A DNA stretch of 44,205 bases from an uncultured Elusimicrobia bacterium (GTDB lineage Bacteria > Elusimicrobiota > Endomicrobiia > DTEH01), in contig CAZFSG010000007.1 of NCBI GenBank assembly GCA_964521665.1, positions 1 through 44,205 on the forward strand, given 5' to 3'. A model generated the notes under the pieces. That model worked only from the letters and a program-made list of their open reading frames with translations. It was not told the DNA's origin and searched no databases. The translations under genes and the position numbers were made by a program. The stretch's first letter is position 1. Each line of letters opens with the position of its first letter. Positions 8,899-17,415 of this stretch are shown one piece after another.

Positions 8899-10161
8899 AT
8901 GAAACTTATTGCAGATTTACATATACATTCAAGATATTCCCGTGCAACATCTAAAGAGATGAATATTTCTGAATTATCACATTGGGCAAAACTCAAAGGT
9001 GTGGGATTGTTAGGAACTGGTGATTTTACACATCCAGGATGGCTACAAGAACTTAAGAGTTCTCTTAAACAAATATCTGATTATACTTATGAATACAACG
9101 GTGTAAAATTTATACTTACGACTGAAGTAAGTAATATTTTTTATCGCAATGGTAAAAACTATCGTATTCACAATATTATATTTTTGCCTGATTTTGTTGC
9201 AGTAGAAAGATTTAATAATTTATTATCAAACTTTGGTGATCTTGTCTCTGATGGAAGACCGATTGTTTCTTTAGATTGTATAGATCTTGTTGAACTTGTG
9301 TATTCTATCACAGAGGAAGCTCTTGTGGTACCAGCACATGCTTGGACACCACATTTTTCTGTATTTGGTTCGTTAAGCGGGTTTGATTCTATTGAAGAAT
9401 GTTTTGGAAAATACTATAAATATATATATAGTATTGAAACAGGTTTATCTTCCGATCCTAAAATGAACTGGCGATTGTCAAAACTTGATAGTATAACTTT
9501 AATTTCTAATTCAGATGCACATTCACCACAAAATATTGCTCGTGAAGCAAATGTTTTTGAAATAGATGACAATTGTGAAGATATTTATAAAGAAGTTTTA
9601 TCAATTATAAAAAATAAAGACAGAAAAAAATTTTTGTATACAATAGAGTTTTTCCCAGAAGAGGGTAAATATCATTATGATGGACATAGAATCTGTAAAG
9701 TTTGTTGTTCACCAAAAGAAACAAAGATGTATAAATATTTATGTCCTGTATGTGGTAAGAGGCTCACCGTTGGTGTGTTGAATCGTGTTGACCAACTTGC
9801 AGACCGTGAAGAATCTTTTGTTCCTGAAAATGCGATACCATATAAAAATGTGATTCCTCTCATAGAGATAATTGCTGATGCGTTAGGTACTGGTAAAGGC
9901 ACACAGAAAACTTTAAAGGAGTATTTGTATATAGTCACACAAGTTGGTACTGAGTTTGATGTATTACTTTATTTAAGCGAAGATGAGTTAAAGAAAAAAA
10001 TAAATCCAAGAATTGTTGAAGGTATATTAAAAGTTCGTAATGGCGAAGTTGATATTTTTCCTGGTTATGATGGTGAGTATGGTAAAATTAGTATCAGATG
10101 GGGTAACAAAGATATGGGTAAATCTGACAGTGAACATTCTGGCCAACTTTGGTTGTTTTAA
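8899..10161 (+). CDS. PHP-domain nuclease of the endonuclease Q (EndoQ / TIGR00375-like) type
   Basis: PHP motif ADLHIHSRYSRA at the N-terminus, AHAWTPHFS, NSDAHS, a four-Cys zinc ribbon CKVCC...CPVCGKRLTVGVLNRV, and a C-terminal FPGYDGEYGKI. Recognised from memory of the family, not searched. Confidence 0.65.
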   Translation: MKLIADLHIHSRYSRATSKEMNISELSHWAKLKGVGLLGTGDFTHPGWLQELKSSLKQISDYTYEYNGVKFILTTEVSNIFYRNGKNYRIHNIIFLPDFVAVERFNNLLSNFGDLVSDGRPIVSLDCIDLVELVYSITEEALVVPAHAWTPHFSVFGSLSGFDSIEECFGKYYKYIYSIETGLSSDPKMNWRLSKLDSITLISNSDAHSPQNIAREANVFEIDDNCEDIYKEVLSIIKNKDRKKFLYTIEFFPEEGKYHYDGHRICKVCCSPKETKMYKYLCPVCGKRLTVGVLNRVDQLADREESFVPENAIPYKNVIPLIEIIADALGTGKGTQKTLKEYLYIVTQVGTEFDVLLYLSEDELKKKINPRIVEGILKVRNGEVDIFPGYDGEYGKISIRWGNKDMGKSDSEHSGQLWLF

Positions 10162-10215
10162 AAACAACAAATTATGGTTTTAAGAAACCAGAACTTGTTT
10201 TTTTGCATCAAATAA

Positions 10216-10428
10216 TTTGGTAGGTAGGTTCAGGCTTCAGCCTGCGTTTTTACGCAACCTAAAGGTTGCGGCTACTGGTAGGTTATGGATTGTGAATTAT
10301 TGGTAGCTGCAGGCTTTAGCCTGCGCTTCTTATTATTTTACGCACTATGAATGGTGCGGTTACCAATAGATTGCGGATTGTGTATTATTTGTAGCCGCAG
10401 ACTTTAGTTTGCGTAATTAATTTCGCTG
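10216..10428 (+). repeat. Hairpin-module repeat array A (two ~87-nt units plus a third partial unit)
   Basis: Unit starts are TTTGGTAGG (10216), TTGGTAG (10300) and TTTGTAG (10388). First hairpins are CAGGC-TTCA-GCCTG (10231-10244), GCAGGC-TTTA-GCCTGC (10309-10324) and GCAGAC-TTTA-GTTTGC (10397-10412). Second hairpins are CGCAACC-TAAA-GGTTGCG (10253-10270) and CGCAC-TATGAATG-GTGCG (10341-10358). Confidence 0.8.
10231..10251 (+). terminator. Candidate intrinsic terminator after the EndoQ-like gene (first repeat hairpin plus T5)
   Basis: CAGGC-TTCA-GCCTG stem-loop followed by CG TTTTT. It is the first GC-rich hairpin downstream of the stop at 10161. Confidence 0.4.
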
Positions 10429-10465
10429 AAAAAAAGAAGCTTATTTTTAATTTTATCGTTTATGG

Positions 10466-10503
10466 TTCCTATAAACATCATAAAAACACGTAACAAAACT
10501 TAG
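10466..10503 (+). promoter_or_regulatory. Conserved promoter/leader block upstream of dnaK
   Basis: TTCCTATAAACATCATAAAAACACGTAACAAAACTTAG aligns with blocks at 16996-17033 and 39255-39290. AAGGAGG Shine-Dalgarno at 10509-10515. Confidence 0.5.
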
Positions 10504-10526
10504 ACAAAAAGGAGGTTGAAAAAGCT

Positions 10527-12434
10527 ATGGGTAGGATTATAGGTATAGATTTAGGTACTTCAAATTCAGCAGCAGCAGTTTTAGAAGGGGGTAAACCCAC
10601 AATAATACCAGCTGCTGAAGGAACAACTATTGGTGGAAAAGCGTTTCCATCATATGTTGCAATTACAAAAGATGGTCAACTTCTTGTAGGTGAACCTGCA
10701 AGAAGGCAAGCAGTATCAAATCCTGAAGGGACTGTTTATGCGTTTAAGCGTAAGATGGGAACTGATTATAAGTATAAACTTCATGGTAAAGAATATACTC
10801 CACAACAATTATCTGCGTTTCTTTTACAAAAAATTAAACGTGATGCAGAAGCATTTTTAGGAGATAAAGTTGATAAAGCAGTAATCACAGTTCCTGCGTA
10901 TTTTAATGATAACCAAAGACAAGCTACAAAAGATGCAGGTACTATTGCGGGACTTGAAGTTGTAAGAATCATAAATGAACCAACAGCTGCGTGTCTCGCA
11001 TATGGTATTGATAAAGCAGGTCATGAAGAAAAAATTTTAGTATTTGATTTGGGCGGTGGTACATTAGATGTTACTATAATGCGATTTTGGGAAGCAGGCG
11101 GTGCTAAAAGTTTTGATGTTATATCAACTGCTGGAGATACACAACTTGGTGGTACTGACATGGATAATGCATTAATTGAATATATTCTTGAACAGTTTAG
11201 AAAAGAAACAGGAATTGACTTGCGAAATGATAAAATGGCAATGCAAAGAATCCGTGAAGCTGCTGAAAAAGCAAAAATTGAACTTTCAAGTGTTTTGGAA
11301 ACAGAGATAAACTTACCATTTATTTCTGCTGATGCAACCGGTCCAAAACATCTTACTATGAAAATTACTCGTGCTACTCTTGAACAACTTGTTCGTCCTA
11401 TTGTAGAACGTTGTGCAAAATCTATTGATCAAGCAATAGAAGATGCTAAGGCAAAACCTAATAGTGGAATATCATCAATAAGAGATATTACAAGGATAAT
11501 TCCTGTGGGTGGTCCTACAAGAATGCCAATTGTTATAAAATTTTTAGAAGATTATGTGGGTAGAAAAGTTGAACGTGGTATAGATCCTATGGAATGTGTA
11601 GCAATAGGTGCTGCAATAGAAGCAGGTATTATTGCTGGCGAAGTAAAAGATATTGTACATTTAGATGTGACACCTTTATCATTAGGTGTGGAAACCTTAG
11701 GAGGTGTATTCACAAAACTTATTGAACGAAATACTACTATTCCAACAAGAAGGTCTGAAATTTTTACTACTGCTATGGATAATCAAACATCTGTAGAGAT
11801 ACATGTTTTACAAGGTGAACGACCGATGGCTGCTGATAATGTTTCATTAGGTAGATTTTATCTTGATGGGATACCCCCAGCACCACGTGGTGTTCCACGG
11901 ATTGAAGTAACTTTTGATATTGATGAAAATGGTATATTACATGTTTCAGCAAAAGATTTAGGTACTGGAAAGGAACAATCTATACGTATTACAGCACCAC
12001 ATAAACTTTCTAAAGAAGAAATTGACCGTATGATAAAAGAAGCGGAACGTTTTGCTGAAGAAGATAAAAAACGTAGAGAATTGGCTGAAGAAAGAAATAA
12101 TCTCGATGGAATAATTTATACTACAGAAAAATCATTAAGAGAATATGGTGATAAACTTACACAAGATGAACGGCTTGAGATAGAACGTGCGTTAAACGAT
12201 GCTAAAGAAAAACTTAAATCTGATAATATAAACGAAATAAGAAAAGCTAAAGATGAGTTGTTGAAAGCATCCTATAAATTAGGAGAAGTTGTTTATAAAC
12301 AAGCACAACAGAAGGGTGTAACTTCAGGATCTGGAACTGAAACCTCATATGGTCAACAACAAACAGCGTCTCAACAAGAAACAAAAAAAGATAGAGGCGA
12401 AGTAATTGATGCTGAATATAAAGAAGAAAAATAA
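10527..12434 (+). CDS. dnaK: Molecular chaperone DnaK (Hsp70)
   Basis: [48 protein letters not shown], and a substrate-binding domain with [18 protein letters not shown]. Confidence 0.95.
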   Translation: MGRIIGIDLGTSNSAAAVLEGGKPTIIPAAEGTTIGGKAFPSYVAITKDGQLLVGEPARRQAVSNPEGTVYAFKRKMGTDYKYKLHGKEYTPQQLSAFLLQKIKRDAEAFLGDKVDKAVITVPAYFNDNQRQATKDAGTIAGLEVVRIINEPTAACLAYGIDKAGHEEKILVFDLGGGTLDVTIMRFWEAGGAKSFDVISTAGDTQLGGTDMDNALIEYILEQFRKETGIDLRNDKMAMQRIREAAEKAKIELSSVLETEINLPFISADATGPKHLTMKITRATLEQLVRPIVERCAKSIDQAIEDAKAKPNSGISSIRDITRIIPVGGPTRMPIVIKFLEDYVGRKVERGIDPMECVAIGAAIEAGIIAGEVKDIVHLDVTPLSLGVETLGGVFTKLIERNTTIPTRRSEIFTTAMDNQTSVEIHVLQGERPMAADNVSLGRFYLDGIPPAPRGVPRIEVTFDIDENGILHVSAKDLGTGKEQSIRITAPHKLSKEEIDRMIKEAERFAEEDKKRRELAEERNNLDGIIYTTEKSLREYGDKLTQDERLEIERALNDAKEKLKSDNINEIRKAKDELLKASYKLGEVVYKQAQQKGVTSGSGTETSYGQQQTASQQETKKDRGEVIDAEYKEEK

Positions 12435-12459
12435 AATTTAAAAAGAGGAAAATATAAAT

Positions 12460-12780
12460 ATGGCAAAAAAAATTATTGAAGTACCATTAGCGATTTACAC
12501 AGACAAGTTTTTAATTGCAGGTTTTGTAAAAATAAGACCTAAACTTAAATATATCTTCAAAAAATATCTACCACAACGAATTTCTGAAATTATAGATGTT
12601 GCAGGTGAACGTATGGAAAAAGTTGGTGAAAAAAGTTTTTTAGAAGTAACAAATGCTGATATTCAAAATTTAGCAACTGGTGAAGTAATTAAGACACAGG
12701 TGAAACGTCTTGTTGTGAACAAAAATGCAATACAAATTATAGTTCCTATAGAAATAAAACCGTTAGAGAGAGAGAAATAG
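12460..12780 (+). CDS. Hypothetical protein (106 aa)
   Basis: ORF 25 nt after dnaK with an AGAGGAAAA purine-rich tract upstream. No recognisable motif. Confidence 0.55.
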   Translation: MAKKIIEVPLAIYTDKFLIAGFVKIRPKLKYIFKKYLPQRISEIIDVAGERMEKVGEKSFLEVTNADIQNLATGEVIKTQVKRLVVNKNAIQIIVPIEIKPLEREK

Positions 12781-12783
12781 GAT

Positions 12784-13548
12784 ATGATAAATATTTCTAT
12801 AAATGGTGCATTAGGTAGAATGGGTAGGACAGTATTAGATGCCTGTTTGCAAGATAAAGACATAAGTATTGTAGGTCTTTGTGATATTCAAGGTCCAAAA
12901 AAGATTTATGACAACTTACCTCAAGTGGAACCTTCACTTGAAAAATATATTTTATATACAGATGTAGTAATAGATTTTTCTTCTCCTGAAGGGACACAAC
13001 AAGCGTTATATTTTTGTTTACAGAATAAAAAACCGATAGTTATTGGTACAACTGGACATTCTGACCAACAATTAGATAATATAAGGAAAGCGTCTGAGGA
13101 AATACCGGTATTGTTATCGCCTAATATGAGTTTAGGTGTGAATATAATTTTTAAACTTGTTGAACTTTTAACCACAGTCCTTAAAGATAAAAATTATGAT
13201 ATAGAAATAGTGGAAGCACATCATAACAAAAAGAAGGATGCACCATCAGGTACAGCAAAAAAAATTATGGATATTATAAAACATATAAAACCGCAAACAT
13301 ACTTTGTATATTGTCGTAATGGTATTATAGGAGAGCGTAAAAATGACGAAGTTGGTGTGAGTGTGATACGTTGTGGAGATATAGTTGGTGAACATACAAT
13401 AATTTATTCTACTTATGGTGAGCGTATAGAATTAAAACATATTGCTACTTCAAGAGAAACATTTGCAAAAGGTGCAGTTCTTGCAGCAAAATGGCTGAAA
13501 GGTAAACCCGCAGGATTTTATAATATGTTTGATGTTTTACAGATTTAA
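12784..13548 (+). CDS. dapB: 4-hydroxy-tetrahydrodipicolinate reductase
   Basis: N-terminal GALGRMG nucleotide-binding loop and the DapB signature EAHHNKKKDAPSGTA. Confidence 0.9.
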   Translation: MINISINGALGRMGRTVLDACLQDKDISIVGLCDIQGPKKIYDNLPQVEPSLEKYILYTDVVIDFSSPEGTQQALYFCLQNKKPIVIGTTGHSDQQLDNIRKASEEIPVLLSPNMSLGVNIIFKLVELLTTVLKDKNYDIEIVEAHHNKKKDAPSGTAKKIMDIIKHIKPQTYFVYCRNGIIGERKNDEVGVSVIRCGDIVGEHTIIYSTYGERIELKHIATSRETFAKGAVLAAKWLKGKPAGFYNMFDVLQI

Positions 13549-13569
13549 TTTTTGGAGCAAACTTTTTAG

Positions 13570-14343
13570 ATGAACAATATAGCCTATGGTTGTATATTTT
13601 TTGATAATGAAAAGCATTATGTAATCATAGACCGTAATACAAACACTTTTCAAAAAGTCCTACCAAATTATCTTGAAGAAAATTTTGTAATAGATAAAAA
13701 AAAATATCCTCTTACTGAAAAAAATAAGTTTTTACCGCCTGTAAAACCTACAAAAATTATTTGTTTAGGTCTTAATTATATTGATCATGCAAAAGAACTT
13801 AACATGCCTATTCCTGAAGAACCTATAATTTTTTTAAAACCATCTTCTGCTATTGTTGGAGATAAGGATAATATAGTTTATCCTTCTTGTGTTAAACAAC
13901 TTGATTATGAAGGTGAACTTGCAGTTGTGATTAAAAAAACTGCTAAAGATGTACCAAAAGAAGAGGTTAAAGATTATATTTTAGGATATACTTGTTTTAA
14001 TGATGTTACTGCGAGAGATTTACAAAAGAAAGATGGGCAGTGGACACGTGCAAAATCGTTTGATACATTTGCGCCGATAGGTCCATGGATTGTCCCTGAT
14101 ATAAATACAAAAAATTTAAATATACAAACTTTACTTAATGATAAGGTTGTCCAAAATTCTAACACCAAAAATATGATATTTGATGTAGAAACAGTGGTAA
14201 GTTTTGTATCAAAAATTATGACTTTGTATCCAGGCGATGTGATAAGTTTAGGTACACCACCTAATGTAGGACCAATGAAAAAAGGTGATAAAGTTGTAGT
14301 AAAAATTCAGGATATAGGTGAATTAACAAATTTTGTTGTATGA
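13570..14343 (+). CDS. Fumarylacetoacetate hydrolase (FAH) family protein
   Basis: Family blocks ICLGLNYIDHA, LDYEGELAVVI, GYTCFNDVTARDLQ, KSFDTFAPIGPW and PGDVISLGTPPNVG. Confidence 0.85.
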   Translation: MNNIAYGCIFFDNEKHYVIIDRNTNTFQKVLPNYLEENFVIDKKKYPLTEKNKFLPPVKPTKIICLGLNYIDHAKELNMPIPEEPIIFLKPSSAIVGDKDNIVYPSCVKQLDYEGELAVVIKKTAKDVPKEEVKDYILGYTCFNDVTARDLQKKDGQWTRAKSFDTFAPIGPWIVPDINTKNLNIQTLLNDKVVQNSNTKNMIFDVETVVSFVSKIMTLYPGDVISLGTPPNVGPMKKGDKVVVKIQDIGELTNFVV

Positions 14344-15863
14344 AAAGAAACATAATTTTTTTATTTTTTTTATTTCTGGTAACCCAATTGTTTGCGTTTA
14401 AACAAAGTTATTATTATTACACTCAAGGACTAATTGATTTACAAAATAAAAATTATAAATCTGCTATTGAAAAATTTGAAAAAGTTTTACAAGAAGACCC
14501 GCAAGCAACTTATGTATATTCACAACTTTTTTATTTATATATTCTAACTGAACAAACAGATAAGTTAAGAAGTATGATAAGAACTGTAAAAGATGTTATA
14601 TCTGACATTGAAACACTTGCTGATTTCTCAAATATTTTGTTGTTACACGGATACAAAGAATTTGCAACAGAATTGTTTGAAAAAATTGTTTCTTTACAAC
14701 CAGATAATAAAGATGCATTACTTAATCTTGCACAGATATATTCTTTATCTGATGAAAAGAAATCATTAGAGTATTACAAAAAATATATGGAAGTAAATCC
14801 AGAAGATACAAGTGTATATTTACCTATAGCTATTCTAAATTACAAACTTGGTAACATACAACAAGCAAAAGAGGTATTACAAAAAATTCCTGAACAACAA
14901 GATGTTGTTCAGTTGTTAGACAATCTTTTAATGTTTACTACAGATTATTCTTCTATGATACAGAAGTATGAAGATTATATACAAGTTTCGCCAAAGGATT
15001 ATAAATCTATTGCAATGTTATTTTCATTGTTAGTTTCACAAAAAAATCTTGATAAAGCAGAGAAGTATCTTGATAAAGTTTTAAACATACCTAAGAAAGA
15101 ATTTTTACCTGAGTATTATTTTTATATAGCGATGTTTTATGAATATAAAAACAATTTGTTGTTAGCGGCAAAATATATGCAAAAATATATTAAATATTCT
15201 AAAAATGTTGATGAAGTTCCATATCTAAAACTAGCATATTATTTTGCTTTATTAAAAAAGAATAAAGATGTTCAAAAAATTCTCACTGTTGCTAACAAAA
15301 AATTTAATTCTGAGAATGCAAAGCTGATGATGTTTTTTTATTATTATGACAACAAAAAATATAAAGATGCAATAAATATTTTGTACGAACTTAAATCAAT
15401 TTCTTCAACATTTAAACGTATAGATTTTTATTTAGGTGTGTGTTATGACCAAATTGGAGATTTTCAAAAAACAGAGTATTTTATGAATAAAGCAATAGAA
15501 CAGGATCCTTCTGACCACGAAGCATTGAACTATCTTGGATATCTTTATGCAGACAAAAATGTTAATCTTGACAAATCGGAACAGCTTATCTTGAGAGCAC
15601 TTTCGTATGAACCTACCAATTACGCATATATAGATTCTCTTGCTTGGGTATATTACAGAAAAGGATTGTATGAAAAATCAGAGGAATTGTTTGAACAGAT
15701 AAAAGATTGTAAAGATCCAGTGGTTTATGAACATATTGGTGAGCTAAAATTAAAACTTAATAAACTTCAGGAAGCATATGAGTATTATACCAAATCGTTC
15801 CAACTTAATCCCAAAAATAAACTTGTTAAGAAAAGATTGAAAGAAATTAAAATTAAAAAATAA
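14340..15863 (+). CDS. Secreted tetratricopeptide-repeat protein (507 aa)
   Basis: Signal-like N-terminus, then TPR periodicity throughout (for example ALNYLGYLYADKN...YIDSLAWVYYRKGLYEKS). ATGA overlap with the upstream FAH gene and a 1-nt overlap with ispE. Confidence 0.8.
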   Translation: MKRNIIFLFFLFLVTQLFAFKQSYYYYTQGLIDLQNKNYKSAIEKFEKVLQEDPQATYVYSQLFYLYILTEQTDKLRSMIRTVKDVISDIETLADFSNILLLHGYKEFATELFEKIVSLQPDNKDALLNLAQIYSLSDEKKSLEYYKKYMEVNPEDTSVYLPIAILNYKLGNIQQAKEVLQKIPEQQDVVQLLDNLLMFTTDYSSMIQKYEDYIQVSPKDYKSIAMLFSLLVSQKNLDKAEKYLDKVLNIPKKEFLPEYYFYIAMFYEYKNNLLLAAKYMQKYIKYSKNVDEVPYLKLAYYFALLKKNKDVQKILTVANKKFNSENAKLMMFFYYYDNKKYKDAINILYELKSISSTFKRIDFYLGVCYDQIGDFQKTEYFMNKAIEQDPSDHEALNYLGYLYADKNVNLDKSEQLILRALSYEPTNYAYIDSLAWVYYRKGLYEKSEELFEQIKDCKDPVVYEHIGELKLKLNKLQEAYEYYTKSFQLNPKNKLVKKRLKEIKIKK

Positions 15864-16741
15864 TGTTGTTACAAACACCAGCAAAAATTAATCTTTTGTT
15901 AAAAATTCTTACCAAACGTAAAGATGGATACCATAATATCTTTTCTGTGTTTCAAACTGTTTCTCTTTACGATAAAATCAAACTCTCTATTATACCTAAA
16001 AATAAAATTGTTGTCAAATGTAATATAAAATCTCTTGAAGGGAAAAAGAATTTGTGTTACAATCTTGTAGATTTGTTCAAAAAAAAGTATAAAATTAAAC
16101 AAGGTGTTCGTATTGAAATAACAAAGAACATACCTATAGGTAGTGGGCTTGGTGGTGCGTCATCAGATATTGCTGCGGTTGCTAAAGGATTAATAAAATT
16201 GTTCAATATAAAAATTTCAAAAAAAGAATTAGTTTCTTTATGTTCAAAAATAAGTAAAGACGCCCCTTTTTTTATATATAAAGGGTTGTGTATAGTTGAA
16301 TCCGCAGGCGAAAAAATTAAAAAGTTGTTTTCAGTTCCTTGGGAAAGAAAACCTTTATGGTTTTTGTTAGTGTATCCTAATATATCATTGTCAACAAAGG
16401 AAGTTTATGATACATGGGACAATGAATTTTTAAAAAATAAGAATAAAAAACAAAGACTTGATAAAAAAAGAATTATAAAATTGTTGCTCGATAAAAAATT
16501 TAAATATGTTGTAAAAAACGACCTTGAAGAACCAGCTTTTGAATTGATACCATCTTTGAAAAAAGTGAAAGATATGTTAACTAAATATTCAAATAATAAT
16601 GTTGTGAGTATGACAGGGTCGGGTTCGTGTTTTTTTGTTTTAAGTGAGAAAAAAAGAGAAATTTTGTCAATTAAAGAAAAAGTTAGAAAAGACAAAGAAT
16701 TTAAAAACTATAAACTTTTTGTCGTTAAAAGTATATTCTAA
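15863..16741 (+). CDS. ispE: 4-(cytidine 5'-diphospho)-2-C-methyl-D-erythritol kinase
   Basis: PAKINLLLKIL.KR.DGYH start and the GHMP kinase loop IPIGSGLGGASSDIAA. Confidence 0.9.
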   Translation: MLLQTPAKINLLLKILTKRKDGYHNIFSVFQTVSLYDKIKLSIIPKNKIVVKCNIKSLEGKKNLCYNLVDLFKKKYKIKQGVRIEITKNIPIGSGLGGASSDIAAVAKGLIKLFNIKISKKELVSLCSKISKDAPFFIYKGLCIVESAGEKIKKLFSVPWERKPLWFLLVYPNISLSTKEVYDTWDNEFLKNKNKKQRLDKKRIIKLLLDKKFKYVVKNDLEEPAFELIPSLKKVKDMLTKYSNNNVVSMTGSGSCFFVLSEKKREILSIKEKVRKDKEFKNYKLFVVKSIF

Positions 16742-16807
16742 TTAAGGTTCTGTTAACTAAAAAATAGATGTTCTTTGAGATACAAAAAATTAATCAAATA
16801 ACAATAT

Positions 16808-16980
16808 ATTGCGTATTGTGAATTTATAATTGGTAATCGCAGGCTTTACTCTGCGTAATAATTGCAATAGCATGGTTATTGCAGTCCAAAAATTTATAGC
16901 CGCAGATTTTAGTTTACGCTTTATTATTTTACACACCTTGAAATGGTGCGACTACTATGGACTGTTGTTTGTTGTCCACG
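16808..16980 (+). repeat. Hairpin-module repeat array B
   Basis: ATTGCGTATTGTGAATTTATAA (tail-like) comes first. Unit 1 is TTGGTAATCGCAGGCTTTACTCTGCG plus TGCAAT-AGCATGGTT-ATTGCA (16863-16883). Unit 2 is TTTATAGCCGCAGATTTTAGTTTACG plus CACC-TTGAAAT-GGTG. These are clearly homologous to arrays A and C. Confidence 0.75.
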
Positions 16981-16995
16981 CAAATTATAGAGTTG

Positions 16996-17033
16996 TTCAT
17001 ATAAATATCATAAGATAGTTACCAAAACTCTAA
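16996..17033 (+). promoter_or_regulatory. Conserved promoter/leader block upstream of spoVG
   Basis: TTCATATAAATATCATAAGATAGTTACCAAAACTCTAA aligns with the dnaK and hup upstream blocks. AGGAGG at 17039-17044. Confidence 0.5.
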
Positions 17034-17053
17034 TGATTAGGAGGAAAGGATAT

Positions 17054-17338
17054 ATGCAAGTTACAGAAGTAAGAATATATCCACAAAAAGAGAAAAAAGT
17101 GAAAGCGTATGCTACTATAACATTGGATAACCAGTTTGTAGTTCATAATTTACGTATTGTTGTTGTAGAAAACGAAGCAAAAATTTTTATGCCATCAAGA
17201 AAAACAAGCGATGGTTCTCGTAAAGATATTGCACATCCTATTACTAACGAACTTAGACAACATATTGAAGAAAAAGTTATTTCTGTATATAACGAAAAGA
17301 CAGGCGAAAATTTATCTTTAGTAAAGAGGAAAAAATAA
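17054..17338 (+). CDS. spoVG: Septation/regulatory protein SpoVG
   Basis: MQVTEVRIYP...KAYATITLDNQFVVHNLRIV...IFMPSRK...DIAHPIT is the SpoVG core. I prefer the ATG at 17054 (AGGAGG 9 nt upstream) over the tracked start at 17033. Confidence 0.9.
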   Translation: MQVTEVRIYPQKEKKVKAYATITLDNQFVVHNLRIVVVENEAKIFMPSRKTSDGSRKDIAHPITNELRQHIEEKVISVYNEKTGENLSLVKRKK

Positions 17339-17415
17339 ATTAAATTTTTTATTTTTAATTATACACATCTAAATTTGAAATAGACTATTGTAGACATATA
17401 GATACGCAATAGATA

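Noticed and set aside
10216-10428. CRISPR array interpretation of the repeat arrays (also 16808-16980 and 38677-39215)
   Set aside because: Units are not a constant repeat alternating with unique spacers of fixed length. Repeat sequences diverge while structure is kept. Unit lengths vary from about 50 to 120 nt. No cas genes are in the window.
10162-10526. CIRCE (HrcA) heat-shock operator upstream of dnaK
   Set aside because: I looked for TTAGCACTC-N9-GAGTGCTAA-like inverted repeats and saw none. The inverted repeats present belong to the hairpin-module family.
16830-17018. 62-aa + strand ORF in the ispE-spoVG gap
   Set aside because: It is a read-through of hairpin repeat array B. Homologous repeat copies at the other loci are not in a conserved frame, so it is not coding.
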